Shown here in pieces: positions 13,317 through 25,589 of a DNA stretch of 46,786 nt (positions within the stretch are counted from its first letter, which is position 1; every line of letters starts with the position of its first letter). A model generated the notes under the pieces. That model had not been told where the DNA came from, did not search any database, and was given only the letters and a program-made list of their open reading frames with translations. This DNA is from Octopus bimaculoides (taxonomy: Eukaryota). The DNA is taken from the NCBI RefSeq assembly GCF_001194135.2, contig NC_068984.1, positions 5,194,705 to 5,241,490 of the forward strand, given 5' to 3'. The position numbers and the translations under genes were made by a program.

Positions 13317-13554
13317 ATCCATTTGTCTATCCTTGTTTGTCCCTTCTATGTTTAGCCCCTTGTGGGCAATAAAGAAATAAGAAACGTTAGCAGGCCGGGC
13401 GAAATCCTTAGTTCAAATTCAGCCGAGGTCGACTTTGCCGTTCATCCTTTCAGATTCGATAAATTAAGTACCAGCTGCGTACTGGAGTCGATCTAATCGA
13501 CTGGCCCCCTTCCCCAAAATTTCGGGCTCTGTTCTTAGAGTAGAGAAGAATATT
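13317..13554 (+). mobile_element. SINE family B: variant tail (13317-13379) fused to a second copy starting at AGAAACGTTAGC (13380-13554)
   Basis: Tail TTTAGCCCCTTGTGGGCAATAAAGAAATA also occurs at 29408-29436; downstream copy has an internal deletion of about 30 nt. Confidence 0.88.
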
Positions 13555-13963
13555 AACGAACAGTGAAGAAAAGCAGAAGCAAATATGATGACCGTAGAAG
13601 AAAGTAGAGGAAAGACATAGAATTCTGTGGTTCAGAGGCTTGAGTTGAAATGTGATTGATTTTAGGCAAATGGACGAGTTTCGCTTCCTCTGGCTGGAAA
13701 AATGTGATTGCAGCAGCAGCAGCAGCAACGGCAGCAGCGGCGGTGGCAGCAACAGCAGCGGCAGCAGTTTCTGAAGGATTGTTTAAGCGTTTGTGTATCA
13801 TTGCATTTCCGTTCACTCACTGAAGGCTGAAGTATTTGAATCACTTGTTTAGCTACAAATTGACATTGACCAAACAGGGAATCTCCATCCATGACCATCA
13901 GTTTCGAGTACATATTCTAATAATTTTCTGACATTGGAACAGTGGACTACGCAATCCATTATC

Positions 13964-14026
13964 TTTTATCTTTTACCTGTTTCAGTCATTAGACAGTGGC
14001 CATGCTGGGACACACCACGCTGAAGA
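13964..14026 (-). mobile_element. SINE family AC tail fragment
   Basis: TTTTATCTTTTACCTGTTTCAGTCATTAGACAGTGGCCATGCTGGG. Confidence 0.7.
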
Positions 14027-14340
14027 ATTTGAATACACGTACTGATAAACACTTTCAATGTCGAGATATTCCATCTTCGAAATCACGACCAAAAAACACT
14101 CTACTGTGCCAGTCTGATGTTTAGAGATCTTCAACTGTCAAATTGCCTACCTAACGAAAAAAAAAAAGAAAAAGAAAAAGAAGAAATATAAAAGAACCTC
14201 TACACAAACATTGAAAAAATCTTTGGATAAACTCTTAGTGACGATGTCGGACCAGTCAACCATTCAAGTAAGATCAGCTGCTACGAACTCAATCATGGAT
14301 TAACTTCCATCCATAAAGCAACAAGACTGACAGGAAATAA

Positions 14341-14407
14341 ATTTAGGTGCTGCCCCAGCATGGCCGCAATCCTATGATTGGAACCATTAAAAGAATAAAA
14401 GAATAAT
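14341..14407 (+). mobile_element. SINE family AC tail fragment
   Basis: GGTGCTGCCCCAGCATGGCCGCAATC..AAAAGAATAAAAGAATA. Confidence 0.7.
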
Positions 14408-14867
14408 AGAGCAGAATTTCCAATAGTTAAAAGATATATCCAGAAAAATGAACGTATAACTATGTTAGATGGTCATGAACTGATGTTTTGTGAATAATGA
14501 ATATTTGAATATATTCTTGAGAAATATTTGAATGCCATTCTCTTGTTATCTCTTTAACAAGACTTACGACAGTGTCAGGTTTGGAAGAATTGATGACGAA
14601 ATTGTGGCTGAGATTATTTCGACATCTTCTTAGGTTCTTCTCAATTTGAGCCGATAAATATATTTCACCTTTCATTAAAGATATCTGTAGCAAGGAATAT
14701 TTTAATTGTGTTCAATGATATAATTGTATTCCCTGGTGTAAACGCTGATGTATATTAATGTCTTATGAACAGATTAAGCGGCCATTGTCCATTTAAGCAT
14801 CTTCAAGTTCGTGACTATGGTAGACAGCTGGACCGAAAGTAACAACGATACCATTGTCTTCTGTGCA

Positions 14868-15055
14868 TTGTTGTTATTGTTTAGCTCCAGGCAAGACCTG
14901 AACGAGTAAATTTATGACCAATGACATTCCAGATGTGACCATTCCATCATTTTTTCAAATATTCTGGATCCAGAATCGCAATATATAATTTCTGCTTACT
15001 TTTAAGTGACGTTCGGGTTTATTTTGAGGGAAGAAACTTGGCTGTTATAACTAGC
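14868..15055 (-). mobile_element. Old SINE-like repeat (family E)
   Basis: TTGTTTAGCTCCAGGCAAGACCTGAACGAG..ACATTCCAGATGTGACCATTCC resembles a common octopod repeat end as I recall it; a possible decayed relative lies at about 33400-33540. Confidence 0.45.
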
Positions 15056-15319
15056 CATAAAACACCATGTTTTTCCAAATGGATCACGAATGCAAAGTTC
15101 CAGAAAGGAAGACATTTTGTTTTTGATAAGAAGGGCTGAAAGGCGAACAGAAGGTGAATTTCTCAAGTGAACTGGGGATCTCAGGAACGATACAATAGCT
15201 TCAGGTAGCTCGATATATCTGCCTGTCAAATACTGTGTGATCGCCTAATGTCTGTTCATTCCAAAGACTGATAGATCACTTCATTTCATGATGGTCTTAA
15301 TGGTTGAGCATAGTTCGCA

Positions 15320-15595
15320 TCCTGAGAAAGGAAACTCAACTTATTGGTAATCACTCAGTCTCTACACACCAGCCTTTACCCTACAGCAATACTGTCTCTT
15401 CTCTCTGCTTTTTCTATCGCTTCTATAATGGCCTCTGCTCCTCGGATCTAGCAGGACCCATACCGCCACTGATCACCCGACCCACCACTCCGACCTATTT
15501 GTCCCTCCATCTCTCTAGACACTTGTAACCAACTCTCTCCTGGCCTTGCTCTAAACAGTATACGCAGTCTTTAGTCCCCAGGACCAGAACATCAA
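15320..15595 (+). mobile_element. CR1/L2-group LINE, 3' ORF remnant
   Basis: LIGNHSVSTHQPLPYSNTVSSLCFFYRFYNGLCSSDLAGPIPP then SKQYTQSLVPRT resembles the SL..FYRYY.G.CSSEL ... SF.PRT C-terminal pattern of CR1/L2-group RT ORFs. Confidence 0.72.
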
Positions 15596-16294
15596 AGGAG
15601 AAATAACTTTGTCTTCTCACAGCAGGGGTGGTTTTAGTGGGTTAATGTTATCTGATTCGCCACATTAAGTATTTTAGCACTGACTGACCCTCCCCACTCC
15701 CACACACATATAAAGGTGACAAGGCCGAAACTTCGAAGTTACAGTCACCACACTTTCAAAAGTATGATAACTATGTACTTTATATTAAGTATTGAGTAAT
15801 CTTTCAGTTTAATGCAAAATTATTCTTATAACACATAAAAACAAATATTACTCACTTTCCTTCTTTCTTTCTTTCTTTCTCTCTCTCTCTCTGTATATAC
15901 ATACATACATACATACATACATACACACACACACATATATATATATTCTTGATGCAGTTTTAAATTTATACAACTTTACTTGGGTAAATGGTGGAATTAA
16001 TCTGTGTAAAAAAGATAAATGGATGATTTAATTAAAGATTTATTTTTGGCATCGCAAATTTCCAACATGTCCACGTTAATACCTACGCAAACTGTGATGC
16101 AATTTTGATGTTTAAGAAATAAGTTTTGCCGCTGATTTTTCAGTTATAATCTTAATCCCATGAATTATCCTAGCCCAGAGGTCGTTTTGGAATTAATTTG
16201 TGATAGTTTTTGTTTGTCTTCATAAGATAAAGTTGAATTACTAATTTGTTTTTTTTTAAACATTAATATCAAATAATAATAATAATAATAATAA

Positions 16295-16344
<50 letters not shown>

Positions 16345-16384
16345 AATAATAATAATGATAATAATAATAATAATATTAATAACA

Positions 16385-16805
16385 GTGCAGTGCCAGACGA
16401 TAACTCTCGTGTTTTCTGATCTTAACTGATTGGAAGTGTTAACATGTACTCATAGCTATGATGCTCCCCTACTATTTCTGCTCGTGATCAGGAATGCACT
16501 TATCGTCAGCCACCAAGGGACATGCTCAACTGGTTAAGGTCAAACAACTGACAAGCCAATCTGCAGTATTTGGCAGAGTATTTGCTGTAGCCCATCTTTT
16601 ACACTAAGTTAACATGTACATGTTAACATTTCTGATCACGAGCAGAAGTAGTTGGGGAGCATCATAGCTTTGGAGTTTGAATAATTCACACCTGGATACA
16701 TGGGTCTTTCGTTCACCATCCTTAGACAACCCTTATTCAGGGATCTTTTGAATGGAATGGGCTACTTGATCTTAAGAAAATTTTAACTGAGCCCCATCTG
16801 CAAGG
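16385..16805. mobile_element. Interspersed repeat with internal inversion/duplication (family F)
   Basis: About 45-bp inverted repeat (16452-16497 vs 16628-16670); perfect 20-bp palindrome GTTAACATGTACATGTTAAC at 16608-16627; its 12-bp half is repeated at 16438-16449. Confidence 0.6.
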
Positions 16806-17172
16806 ATGTTTGAGGGCTGTATACCACGGTGGGAACGACGGTTGAGTACCGCTGTTTCAGAGACTTGTAATCAGCTTGATGGTGCAATTGCAGTCAGTCG
16901 AAAGCTCTGCATGCCGGACGCCAGTACTTTCAGGGATCATCAGGAGAGGATGCGTACAACGTCAGGGCCTTCCAATGCACTGACCTCACTCATCGATATG
17001 AAGCCCCACCTACTGGATGGACAATCCGACCTTAAGTGCACCTCGGATCGTCACCACCATTTAAATGGTGATGTCATGAGCGACTGACTTAACCTTATAA
17101 GCAAACAAGCCCCTCCCTCACGCCTATAGATCACGAAATAGCAAAAGTTGCACGTTTTTCGAGCACTCGAAG

Positions 17173-17409
17173 TCTTTTATCTTTTACTTCGTTTCGTTAT
17201 TATAGTACGGCCATGCTGGGGCACCGCATTGAAGAATTTTTGGTCGAATGAATCGATACCAATACTTTTTTTGTAAAACCTGATACTTATTCTTTCAGTT
17301 GCTTTTCCCGGAACAGCTAATTTACGGGGGATGTAAATACACCGTCACCGTTGTCGAGCGGTGGTGCAGGACAAACACAGACACAAAGATACACATCTGT
17401 CTATCTATG

Positions 17410-17464
<55 letters not shown>

Positions 17465-17631
17465 ATATATATACGACGGGCTTCTTTCAGTTTCCGTCCT
17501 CTAAGTCAACTCACAAGGCTTTGGTCGGCTCGAGGCTATTGTAGAAAATACTTGCCTAAGATACTAAGCTGCGGGACTGAACCTAGAACCGGGTGGTTGG
17601 GAAGGAAGCCTATTACCACACATTCACGTCC
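17173..17631 (-). mobile_element. SINE family AC, full length, internal (TCTA)n
   Basis: Head at 17475-17631, tail at 17173-17390, microsatellite between. Confidence 0.87.
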
Positions 17632-18865
17632 ATAAGTACGTCAATCGCGCTGTTTTTATAGAGATATTCCATCACATTTAGAAGAACATTTACGAAAGAA
17701 TTAAATTTAGATTTTCTCACAAAAACTTTATTACGAGATGTAGGGCGAAGACGGCGCTGAAGGCTGAGTCCTTTGTCTATGGTGACAGAGAAGTAGTAGT
17801 GACAAGGATCGAACCATCGATCTCAGTTATAATAGTCTAACAGCGTTATCGATTTCGACTCAACGAAATAATATTGAGAAAGTTCGAAAGATTTTTTATC
17901 GAAAGAATTTCTCACCAATAAAACCATTTGTAAGGGAAAGACGAGATTTANNNNNNNNNNNNNNNNNNNNNNNNNNNNNNNNNNNNNNNNNNNNNNNNNN
18001 NNNNNNNNNNNNNNNNNNNNNNNNNNNNNNNNNNNNNNNNNNNNNNNNNNNNNNNNNNNNNNNNNNNNNNNNNNNNNNNNNNNNNNNNNNNNNNNNNNNN
18101 NNNNNNNNNNNNNNNNNNNNNNNNNNNNNNNNNNNNNNNNNNNNNNNNNNNNNNNNNNNNNNNNNNNNNNNNNNNNNNNNNNNNNNNNNNNNNNNNNNNN
18201 NNNNNNNNNNNNNNNNNNNNNNNNNNNNNNNNNNNNNNNNNNNNNNNNNNNNNNNNNNNNNNNNNNNNNNNNNNNNNNNNNNNNNNNNNNNNNNNNNNNN
18301 NNNNNNNNNNNNNNNNNNNNNNNNNNNNNNNNNNNNNNNNNNNNNNNNNNNNNNNNNNNNNNNNNNNNNNNNNNNNNNNNNNNNNNNNNNNNNNNNNNNN
18401 NNNNNNNNNNNNNNNNNNNNNNNNNNNNNNNNNNNNNNNNNNNNNNNNNNNNNNNNNNNNNNNNNNNNNNNNNNNNNNNNNNNNNNNNNNNNNNNNNNNN
18501 NNNNNNNNNNNNNNNNNNNNNNNNNNNNNNNNNNNNNNNNNNNNNNNNNNNNNNNNNNNNNNNNNNNNNNNNNNNNNNNNNNNNNNNNNNNNNNNNNNNN
18601 NNNNNNNNNNNNNNNNNNNNNNNNNNNNNNNNNNNNNNNNNNNNNNNNNNNNNNNNNNNNNNNNNNNNNNNNNNNNNNNNNNNNNNNNNNNNNNNNNNNN
18701 NNNNNNNNNNNNNNNNNNNNNNNNNNNNNNNNNNNNNNNNNNNNNNNNNNNNNNNNNNNNNNNNNNNNNNNNNNNNNNNNNNNNNNNNNNNNNNNNNNNN
18801 NNNNNNNNNNNNNNNNNNNNNNNNNNNNNNNNNNNATGGAACAACTGACGCTGCTTAAGATCAGA

Positions 18866-18931
<66 letters not shown>

Positions 18932-19259
18932 TGTGTGCACGCGTTTGTGAATATGCCAGCGTGTATCTATTTGTGTGTATACACATGTATTATATGTGTG
19001 TAGGACTGTGTATGTATGAGTGTGTGTGTGTATGTATGCGCGCGTCTGTGTGTATGTGCATGCATAGAAGATTGCGCGCATGTGTATGGCTGCGTGTGTG
19101 AATGCGCATGCGTGTATTGTATGTGTGTGTGCGTGTGTTTCCTCTCACATTCTGTTGTGGTTTTTATCGTAGGATCTCCATCTGGAAACCTGTGTTACGA
19201 CTGCTTACGTCATCACCATTGGATTTTCTTCAAAGCAATTCTGCTACACGTGTAACAAA

Positions 19260-20205
19260 TACCACCACCACCACCACCACCACCACCNNNNNNNNNNATG
19301 ATGAGGATGATGATCATAGTGATGATGTGGTAGAGGCGGAGGGAGAAGGTGATTGGTGAATTCATTACAGAAATGTTTTAAAAGATGTAACGAAATAACG
19401 CAAGCGGGGACCCTACTTATATCTCGACCCCTAGCCAAGTTTCTCCATATTACCCCCACCCCTGTTCTTCACCATCCTCATCGTCACCACCATCCCTCAG
19501 CGTCACCAGCAGCACCACCACCTTCACTACCATTCCCACCACNNNNNNNNNNNNNNNNNNNNNNNNNNNNNNNNNNNNNNNNNNNNNNNNNNNNNNNNNN
19601 NNNNNNNNNNNNNNNNNNNNNNNNNNNNNNNNNNNNNNNNNNNNNNNNNNNNNNNNNNNNNNNNNNNNNNNNNNNNNNNNNNNNNNNNNNNNNNNNNNNN
19701 NNNNNNNNNNNNNNNNNNNNNNNNNNNNNNNNNNNNNNNNNNNNNNNNNNNNNNNNNNNNNNNNNNNNNNNNNNNNNNNNNNNNNNNNNNNNNNNNNNNN
19801 NNNNNNNNNNNNNNNNNNNNNNNNNNNNNNNNNNNNNNNNNNNNNNNNNNNNNNNNNNNNNNNNNNNNNNNNNNNNNNNNNNNNNNNNNNNNNNNNNNNN
19901 NNNNNNNNNNNNNNNNNNNNNNNNNNNNNNNNNNNNNNNNNNNNNNNNNNNNNNNNNNNNNNNNNNNNNNNNNNNNNNNNNNNNNNNNNNNNNNNNNNNN
20001 NNCCACCACCACCACCACCACCACCACCATAACTACTACCACAACAACGATGACGACGACGTCCACCACACCACCACCACCATCACCACCACCGCTACCT
20101 CTACTACTACTACTACTACTACTACTGCTGCTGCTGCTACTACTACTACTACTACTGCTGCTGCTACTACTACCGCTACTACTACCGCTACTACTATTGC
20201 TGCTG

Positions 20206-20255
<50 letters not shown>

Positions 20256-20359
20256 TTCCCNNNNNNNNNNNNNNNNNNNNNNNNNNNNNNNNNNNNNNNN
20301 NNNNNNNNCTGCTGCTGCTACTACTACCGCTACTACTACCGCTACTACTATTGCTGCTG

Positions 20360-20409
<50 letters not shown>

Positions 20410-20414
20410 TTCCC
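19260..20414. repeat. (CAC)n/(CTA)n/(CTG)n repeat block with gaps
   Basis: Read directly; 20158-20260 is repeated at 20311-20414 across a 49-N gap. Confidence 0.9.
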
Positions 20415-20797
20415 TAGCTGAGCATTCTGATTCCTGTTTCTACTTTCTGCCTCTGTCCTTTCCGGCTGCTTGTCAGTCTCTTCGCCCGCCATTCTTACTC
20501 TCTCTCTCCCTCTCTTTCTCTCTTTCTCCCTCTTTCTCTCTTTCTCCCTCTCTCTCTTTCTCACTCACGCACACATGTACAGACGCAAACACATACAAGC
20601 CACACACACGCATGCAGGCACGCGTGAGCACTCTCGAAACCCGATCTCTTCGCTCTGCCTCTAATTCCAGTGGAAAGAAAATCTTGACGAATGGCAATAC
20701 TTCAACGTGTTCGTCAGGATTGGTTTCTATGGCTCTTGGCTGCTGCTGATGTAAAAGGGTCATCGAGTAAGAAGGCATTTGAGGTCTCAATAACCTT

Positions 20798-20962
20798 AAG
20801 GCGCAAACGTGGCAGTGTGGTAAGAGGCTTACCTCCCAACCTCATCGTTCCGAGTTCAGTCCCCACTACTTGGCGCTTTGGGCAAGTGTCTTCTACTATG
20901 GCTTCGACCTGACCAAACCCTTGTGAGTGGATCTGGTAGATGGAAACTAAAAGAAGACCGTC

Positions 20963-21016
<54 letters not shown>

Positions 21017-21315
21017 GGAATTTACAAAAAAAAAAAACCCCCAAAAAACGAAGACAGGTGTGTAAACAACAAACAGGTATATTAGTTTAACTGTCGGAAA
21101 AGTGAGAAAGTCTTTATGTGTCAGTGTGAGTGTGTATGTCCTCTGCCACCTCTTAACCATTGCCGACGGTATGTTTACATCCTCGTTATCTAGCGGCTTG
21201 GCAAAAGTGACTGATGGAATAAGTACCAGTCTCAAAATAACTGCTGAGGTCGATTCATCCGACTAAGAATTCTTCAAGGCGGTGCCCCTGCATGGCCGCA
21301 GTCTAATGACTGAAG
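20798..21315 (+). mobile_element. SINE family AC, full length, internal (TA)n
   Basis: AGGCGCAAACGTGGCAGTGTGGTAAG..GAGTTCAGTCCC..GGAAACTAAAAGAAGACCGTCG(TA)n..GGCGGTGCCCCTGCATGGCCGCAGTC. Confidence 0.9.
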
Positions 21316-21369
21316 TTGGCTCCCGTTGACATTGTTTGAAGAGTGAAATCATTTTGGCTAATGTTAGTT

Positions 21370-22520
21370 ACTTATAACTAGGTCTGCTGAACGTCTGTAT
21401 GATGTGTACATCGATCATATATACAGAATTATCGTTACGATTATATGCTTGTGTGCTACGCCATTTTGAGGACTTCGGTATTGGTAACGAGTTATTCCTC
21501 AGGAGATGGAAATCAGTGTGGAAGCGTGACGTGTAGAAGCACTCACGGAGGTGTGTAGGTAGTGAGGGTAGGCCACCCACAATCCGGTGCCTACAGGATA
21601 GTAATTCGTACAACTACTCTGTACACCATGAAGTTTGCTGTTTCAGAACTCATTTGTAGAATCACCGCAAGTCGGTATTGTTGATGTTTGCGTCTGATGA
21701 GATGGCGCACCCAAGGTGTGTCTTCTTAAGTTTTGTCTCATCGATAGCAATGCAAACAAGCATGGGCTGGAAGAAAACTTCCGTTTTCTTCAAGCTGACA
21801 TCCGGTTCTAAGGGCTATGGAAACTCTTCAAAGCAGGATGTTATATGCTGTAGGACTGACTGTATGCGAACCAAAGAGGCAGCGTTATTGCTGGAGACCG
21901 ACTCCTGATTGAGCCACTCCAGTATTTTGGTGTGTGGCAAGTTGCTTCTATTTGAACAGGTAGCCATCAGTCCGGTACCTGATGTAGACACCATTCTCCT
22001 CATTGTGACATTTTCTTGGCCCTTGCAAGCGTCATATAGAAGAACATGGCAAAACAAATCGGCAGAATAGTTCAACTATTCCGTACACTGTTTCTTATTA
22101 AGAAGGGTTTTGAGAGTTCGTTGTTGTATCTGAGTAGGCGACGCTGATTCTCATGGAAGTAGACGATCATGTTGAGGAACATTTATTGGCCTCCCATCTG
22201 TTTCTTGATTTTCCATGGTCAAAATCCTTGGTAAGTTCTACAAATATCACAAACAATTCTTCGTTCCCTGATTCTTTTTGCAGAACTGCTTGACACAGTG
22301 TTGAAACCTGTCGGTCCTAATCCCACATCGGCTCTCTGTTAGGTAACACTAGTATACCTGTTACCTTCTTGGGAGGTTTGTTTCTTTCTCAACATGCTTC
22401 AGTGTTTCGAACCATCAACCCTCCAGCCTGGAACCAGGTACCTAATTTATTAACCAACTGTGAGCCTCCTACCCTACCTCAGGGTTATATAAGGCTTAAA
22501 ATAGTTCTACCCCACCAGTG
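21370..22520 (-). mobile_element. RTE-clade LINE, heavily decayed reverse transcriptase region
   Basis: Collinear frameshifted RTE RT motifs: GGSQLVNKL, LTESRCGIRTDR, LFVIFVELTKDFD, FLNMIVYFHENQ, ENGVYIRYRTDG, VSLKKTEV, HLGCAISSDANIN, VTNTEVL. Many stops. Confidence 0.88.
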
Positions 22521-23803
22521 GTTCTGTGTTTATCGATTACAGAATGAATTTAGCATCGTTCAGTTGCTATTGACATGATGTAAGATATTATTCTCATATC
22601 GATTTTGATCCGCTTTCGTGAATCTACTATTTTAAGTTTGCCAGTTAAATCGGTCCTAAATCTGACATGCTACTGTGGTTTCTTTTTTTGTTTGTTTCGT
22701 TTTTTGATTATCCCAGAATATCATTACTAATGTGTCTAGATGGACAAATACTCCGTTACCGTTCGTTGTTTCTGACAGCAGAACCTATTGTTGGAAGTCT
22801 GTTTGTTTCACCCCAACCCCACCCTTCGACTGTGAAGAAAGAAAGATACAGATAGAAAGAGAGGGGGAAGGAGAAGTGTGAGGGTGAGAGAGAGTGAAAG
22901 AGGGAGTGAAAGAGAGAGAGAGGGAGATATGTAGAAGCTATGCTATAGCCAGGGACCAATTGAACTAGCTTCAGTAAAGCTAAAACAATGGACTTCTTTA
23001 TTTGGTTATTTTTACAAACTAAAAATGTGAAAAAAAAAAAAATAATAATACAAGAAAACAAAACAAAAAACAAAAGAAGGAAAATCTGATGCCCGATAAA
23101 TTTAGCATAACTCCCTGTATTGAAAACCTGACAGAAGAGCACGAATAAATAAATAGATAAATATATAAAGGAATAAACAAACAAACAAACAAACGGACTA
23201 TAAAGGGGAAAAAAATATAATCGTCGAGCAGAGGAAAATAACAAAGAAAAAAATAACAATGTGAATGAAGTAAATTGTATTGAATTTTCGGAATGGTTTT
23301 TCTGTGGAACCTGCTGGAATGGTATTGAAACGTTAATGGTAATGGTATAGAATTTCTTTTCAGCATTCTCCAGTTTATTCAGTATTTCCCGTTAATTACA
23401 CGAACATGGCCGTCTTTATCTCGTCTTTATCTCGTGTAGATCTGCTCTCGCTTCAAATTTGCGTTTGTGCAGTGAAACTTTTATTATTCGCTATTGAACA
23501 AGGGGAGTTAGCTTGTCAACGACTTCACCTTCGGTAACCTTTACAATGAGCGGCGTGAATGATACCGTAGGGATATTTACGCTTACTCTCTACTTTAATT
23601 ACATCATCATCTCCTTTATCAATGTGTGTGCATGGTAGGCTGACAGAGAGAGGTGAAACATTGCTGACAAAACAATATATTAATACAAACACATTTCACA
23701 ATATTTCACTGAGGAATCAATATTTTGATGTCGAAAGCAAAATATTCAATTAAGGTCAAAGTATTTAAGTACTTTAAAGGAAATACTCGATTCACTCTAT
23801 AGC

Positions 23804-23804
<1 letters not shown>

Positions 23805-23877
<73 letters not shown>
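23805..23877. repeat. (AAT)n microsatellite
   Basis: Read directly. Confidence 0.97.
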
Positions 23878-23878
<1 letters not shown>

Positions 23879-24763
23879 GAATGTAATTTAATTTCTGAAT
23901 ATAATTTCTATTCATAATAATTGATTACTATATTATTGTTCAGAAGGCAGAGTTCTATCAGGACTCAATTAAAGTCAGTGTAATTATAAACCCTGATTAT
24001 CTANNNNNNNNNNNNNNNNNNNNNNNNNNNNNNNNNNNNNNNNNNNNNNNNNNNNNNNNNNNNNNNNNNNNNNNNNNNNNNNNNNNNNNNNNNNNNNNNN
24101 NNNNNNNNNNNNNNNNNNNNNNNNNNNNNNNNNNNNNNNNNNNNNNNNNNNNNNNNNNNNNNNNNNNNNNNNNNNNNNNNNNNNNNNNNNNNNNNNNNNN
24201 NNNNNNNNNNNNNNNNNNNNNNNNNNNNNNNNNNNNNNNNNNNNNNNNNNNNNNNNNNNNNNNNNNNNNNNNNNNNNNNNNNNNNNNNNNNNNNNNNNNN
24301 NNNNNNNNNNNNNNNNNNNNNNNNNNNNNNNNNNNNNNNNNNNNNNNNNNNNNNNNNNNNNNNNNNNNNNNNNNNNNNNNNNNNNNNNNNNNNNNNNNNN
24401 NNNNNNNNNNNNNNNNNNNNNNNNNNNNNNNNNNNNNNNNNNNNNNNNNNNNNNNNNNNNNNNNNNNNNNNNNNNNNNNNNNNNNNNNNNNNNNNNNNNN
24501 NNNNNNNNNNNNNNNNNNNNNNNNNNNNNNNNNNNNNNNNNNNNNNNNNNNNNNNNNNNNNNNNNNNNNNNNNNNNNNNNNNNNNNNNNNNNNNNNNNNN
24601 NNNNNNNNNNNNNNNNNNNNNNNNNNNNNNNNNNNNNNNNNNNNNNNNNNNNNNNNNNNNNNNNNNNNNNNNNNNNNNNNNNNNNNNNNNNNNNNNNNNN
24701 NNNNNNNNNNNNNNNNNNNNNNNNNNNNNNNNNNNNNNNNNNNNNNNNNNNNNNNNNNNNNNN

Positions 24764-25142
24764 GGGAGAGGGGGCTAGTCGGTTTGATCCACCCCAGTAC
24801 ATAACTAGTACTTAATTAATCGACCCCGAAAGGATGACAGGCAAAGCCGACCTCAGCGGAATATGAACTCAGAACGTAAAGACAGACGAAATACCGCTAA
24901 GCATTTCGCCCGGCGTGCTAAGGTTTCTTTTCTACTATAGGCAGAAGGCCCGAAATTTTCGGGGTAGGGAGGCCATTCGATTAGATCTACCACAGTACAC
25001 AACTGGTACTTAATTTATCGACCCCGAAAGGATGAAAGGCAAAGCCGGCCTCGGCGGAATTTGAACTCAGAGCATAAAGACAGACGAAATACCGCTAAGC
25101 ATTTCGCCCGTCCTGCTAACGTTTCTGCCAGCTCGGCGACTT
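24764..25142 (-). mobile_element. SINE family B tandem dimer (25142-24929 joined to the head of 24928-24764)
   Basis: Minus-strand junction ..CCTATAGTAGAAAAGAAACCTTAGCACGCCGGGCG; lower copy runs into a gap. Confidence 0.92.
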
Positions 25143-25589
25143 CTTATTATTGAATATTGTGAAATAAGAACAATATAAGAAATTGAAATTGTAAGACAAT
25201 CATATCGAATATGTTTATGTTGAGGATAATCTATAATCACCTTCCGCAAATAAGAAGAAACATTTGTAATGGTGAGAGAAGAGACAGGGTGACGTTAGAG
25301 ATTAACGTCACAGTTTGACAGCAAGTTTGTAATCTATCGTTGGTGAGTGAAATCTTGTCGTCAGCGGGATGGACATCTGCTTTCGAGATATTCTCGATAA
25401 GGTCTGTGTTAATGTGTATGTATGTGCCCGCGTGTATACTCTTGTGTATGTATANNNNNNNNNNATATATATATATATCTTCATATGTCCGTATGTATGT
25501 GTGCGTGTGTGTATGTATTTATGTATGTATGTGTATGTGTTTGTATCTGTGTAGCACTCTATACATTCCGGTCATTAACGTGAAGTTGC

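Noticed and set aside
13553-13913. Poly-A/S/C ORFs over a (GCA)n tract
   Set aside because: Short trinucleotide repeat; flanking frames close quickly and match nothing recognisable.
14460-14830. Possible Tc1 C-terminal remnant (minus, KEITREWHSNISQEYIQ)
   Set aside because: Only vague resemblance; no SPDLNPIE motif or TIR.
20158-20414. About 100-bp direct duplication ending ACTCATTTCCC
   Set aside because: The copies flank a 49-N gap; most likely unmerged overlapping contig ends.
23708-23745. CTGAGGA..hairpin..CGAAA hammerhead-like string
   Set aside because: Three extra bases between stem II and GAAA; no stem III/UH or stem I pairing.
25289-25311. 9-bp hairpin GTGACGTTA/TAACGTCAC (also an 8-bp hairpin at 31310-31329)
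   Set aside because: Short enough to arise by chance in 40 kb; no associated feature.
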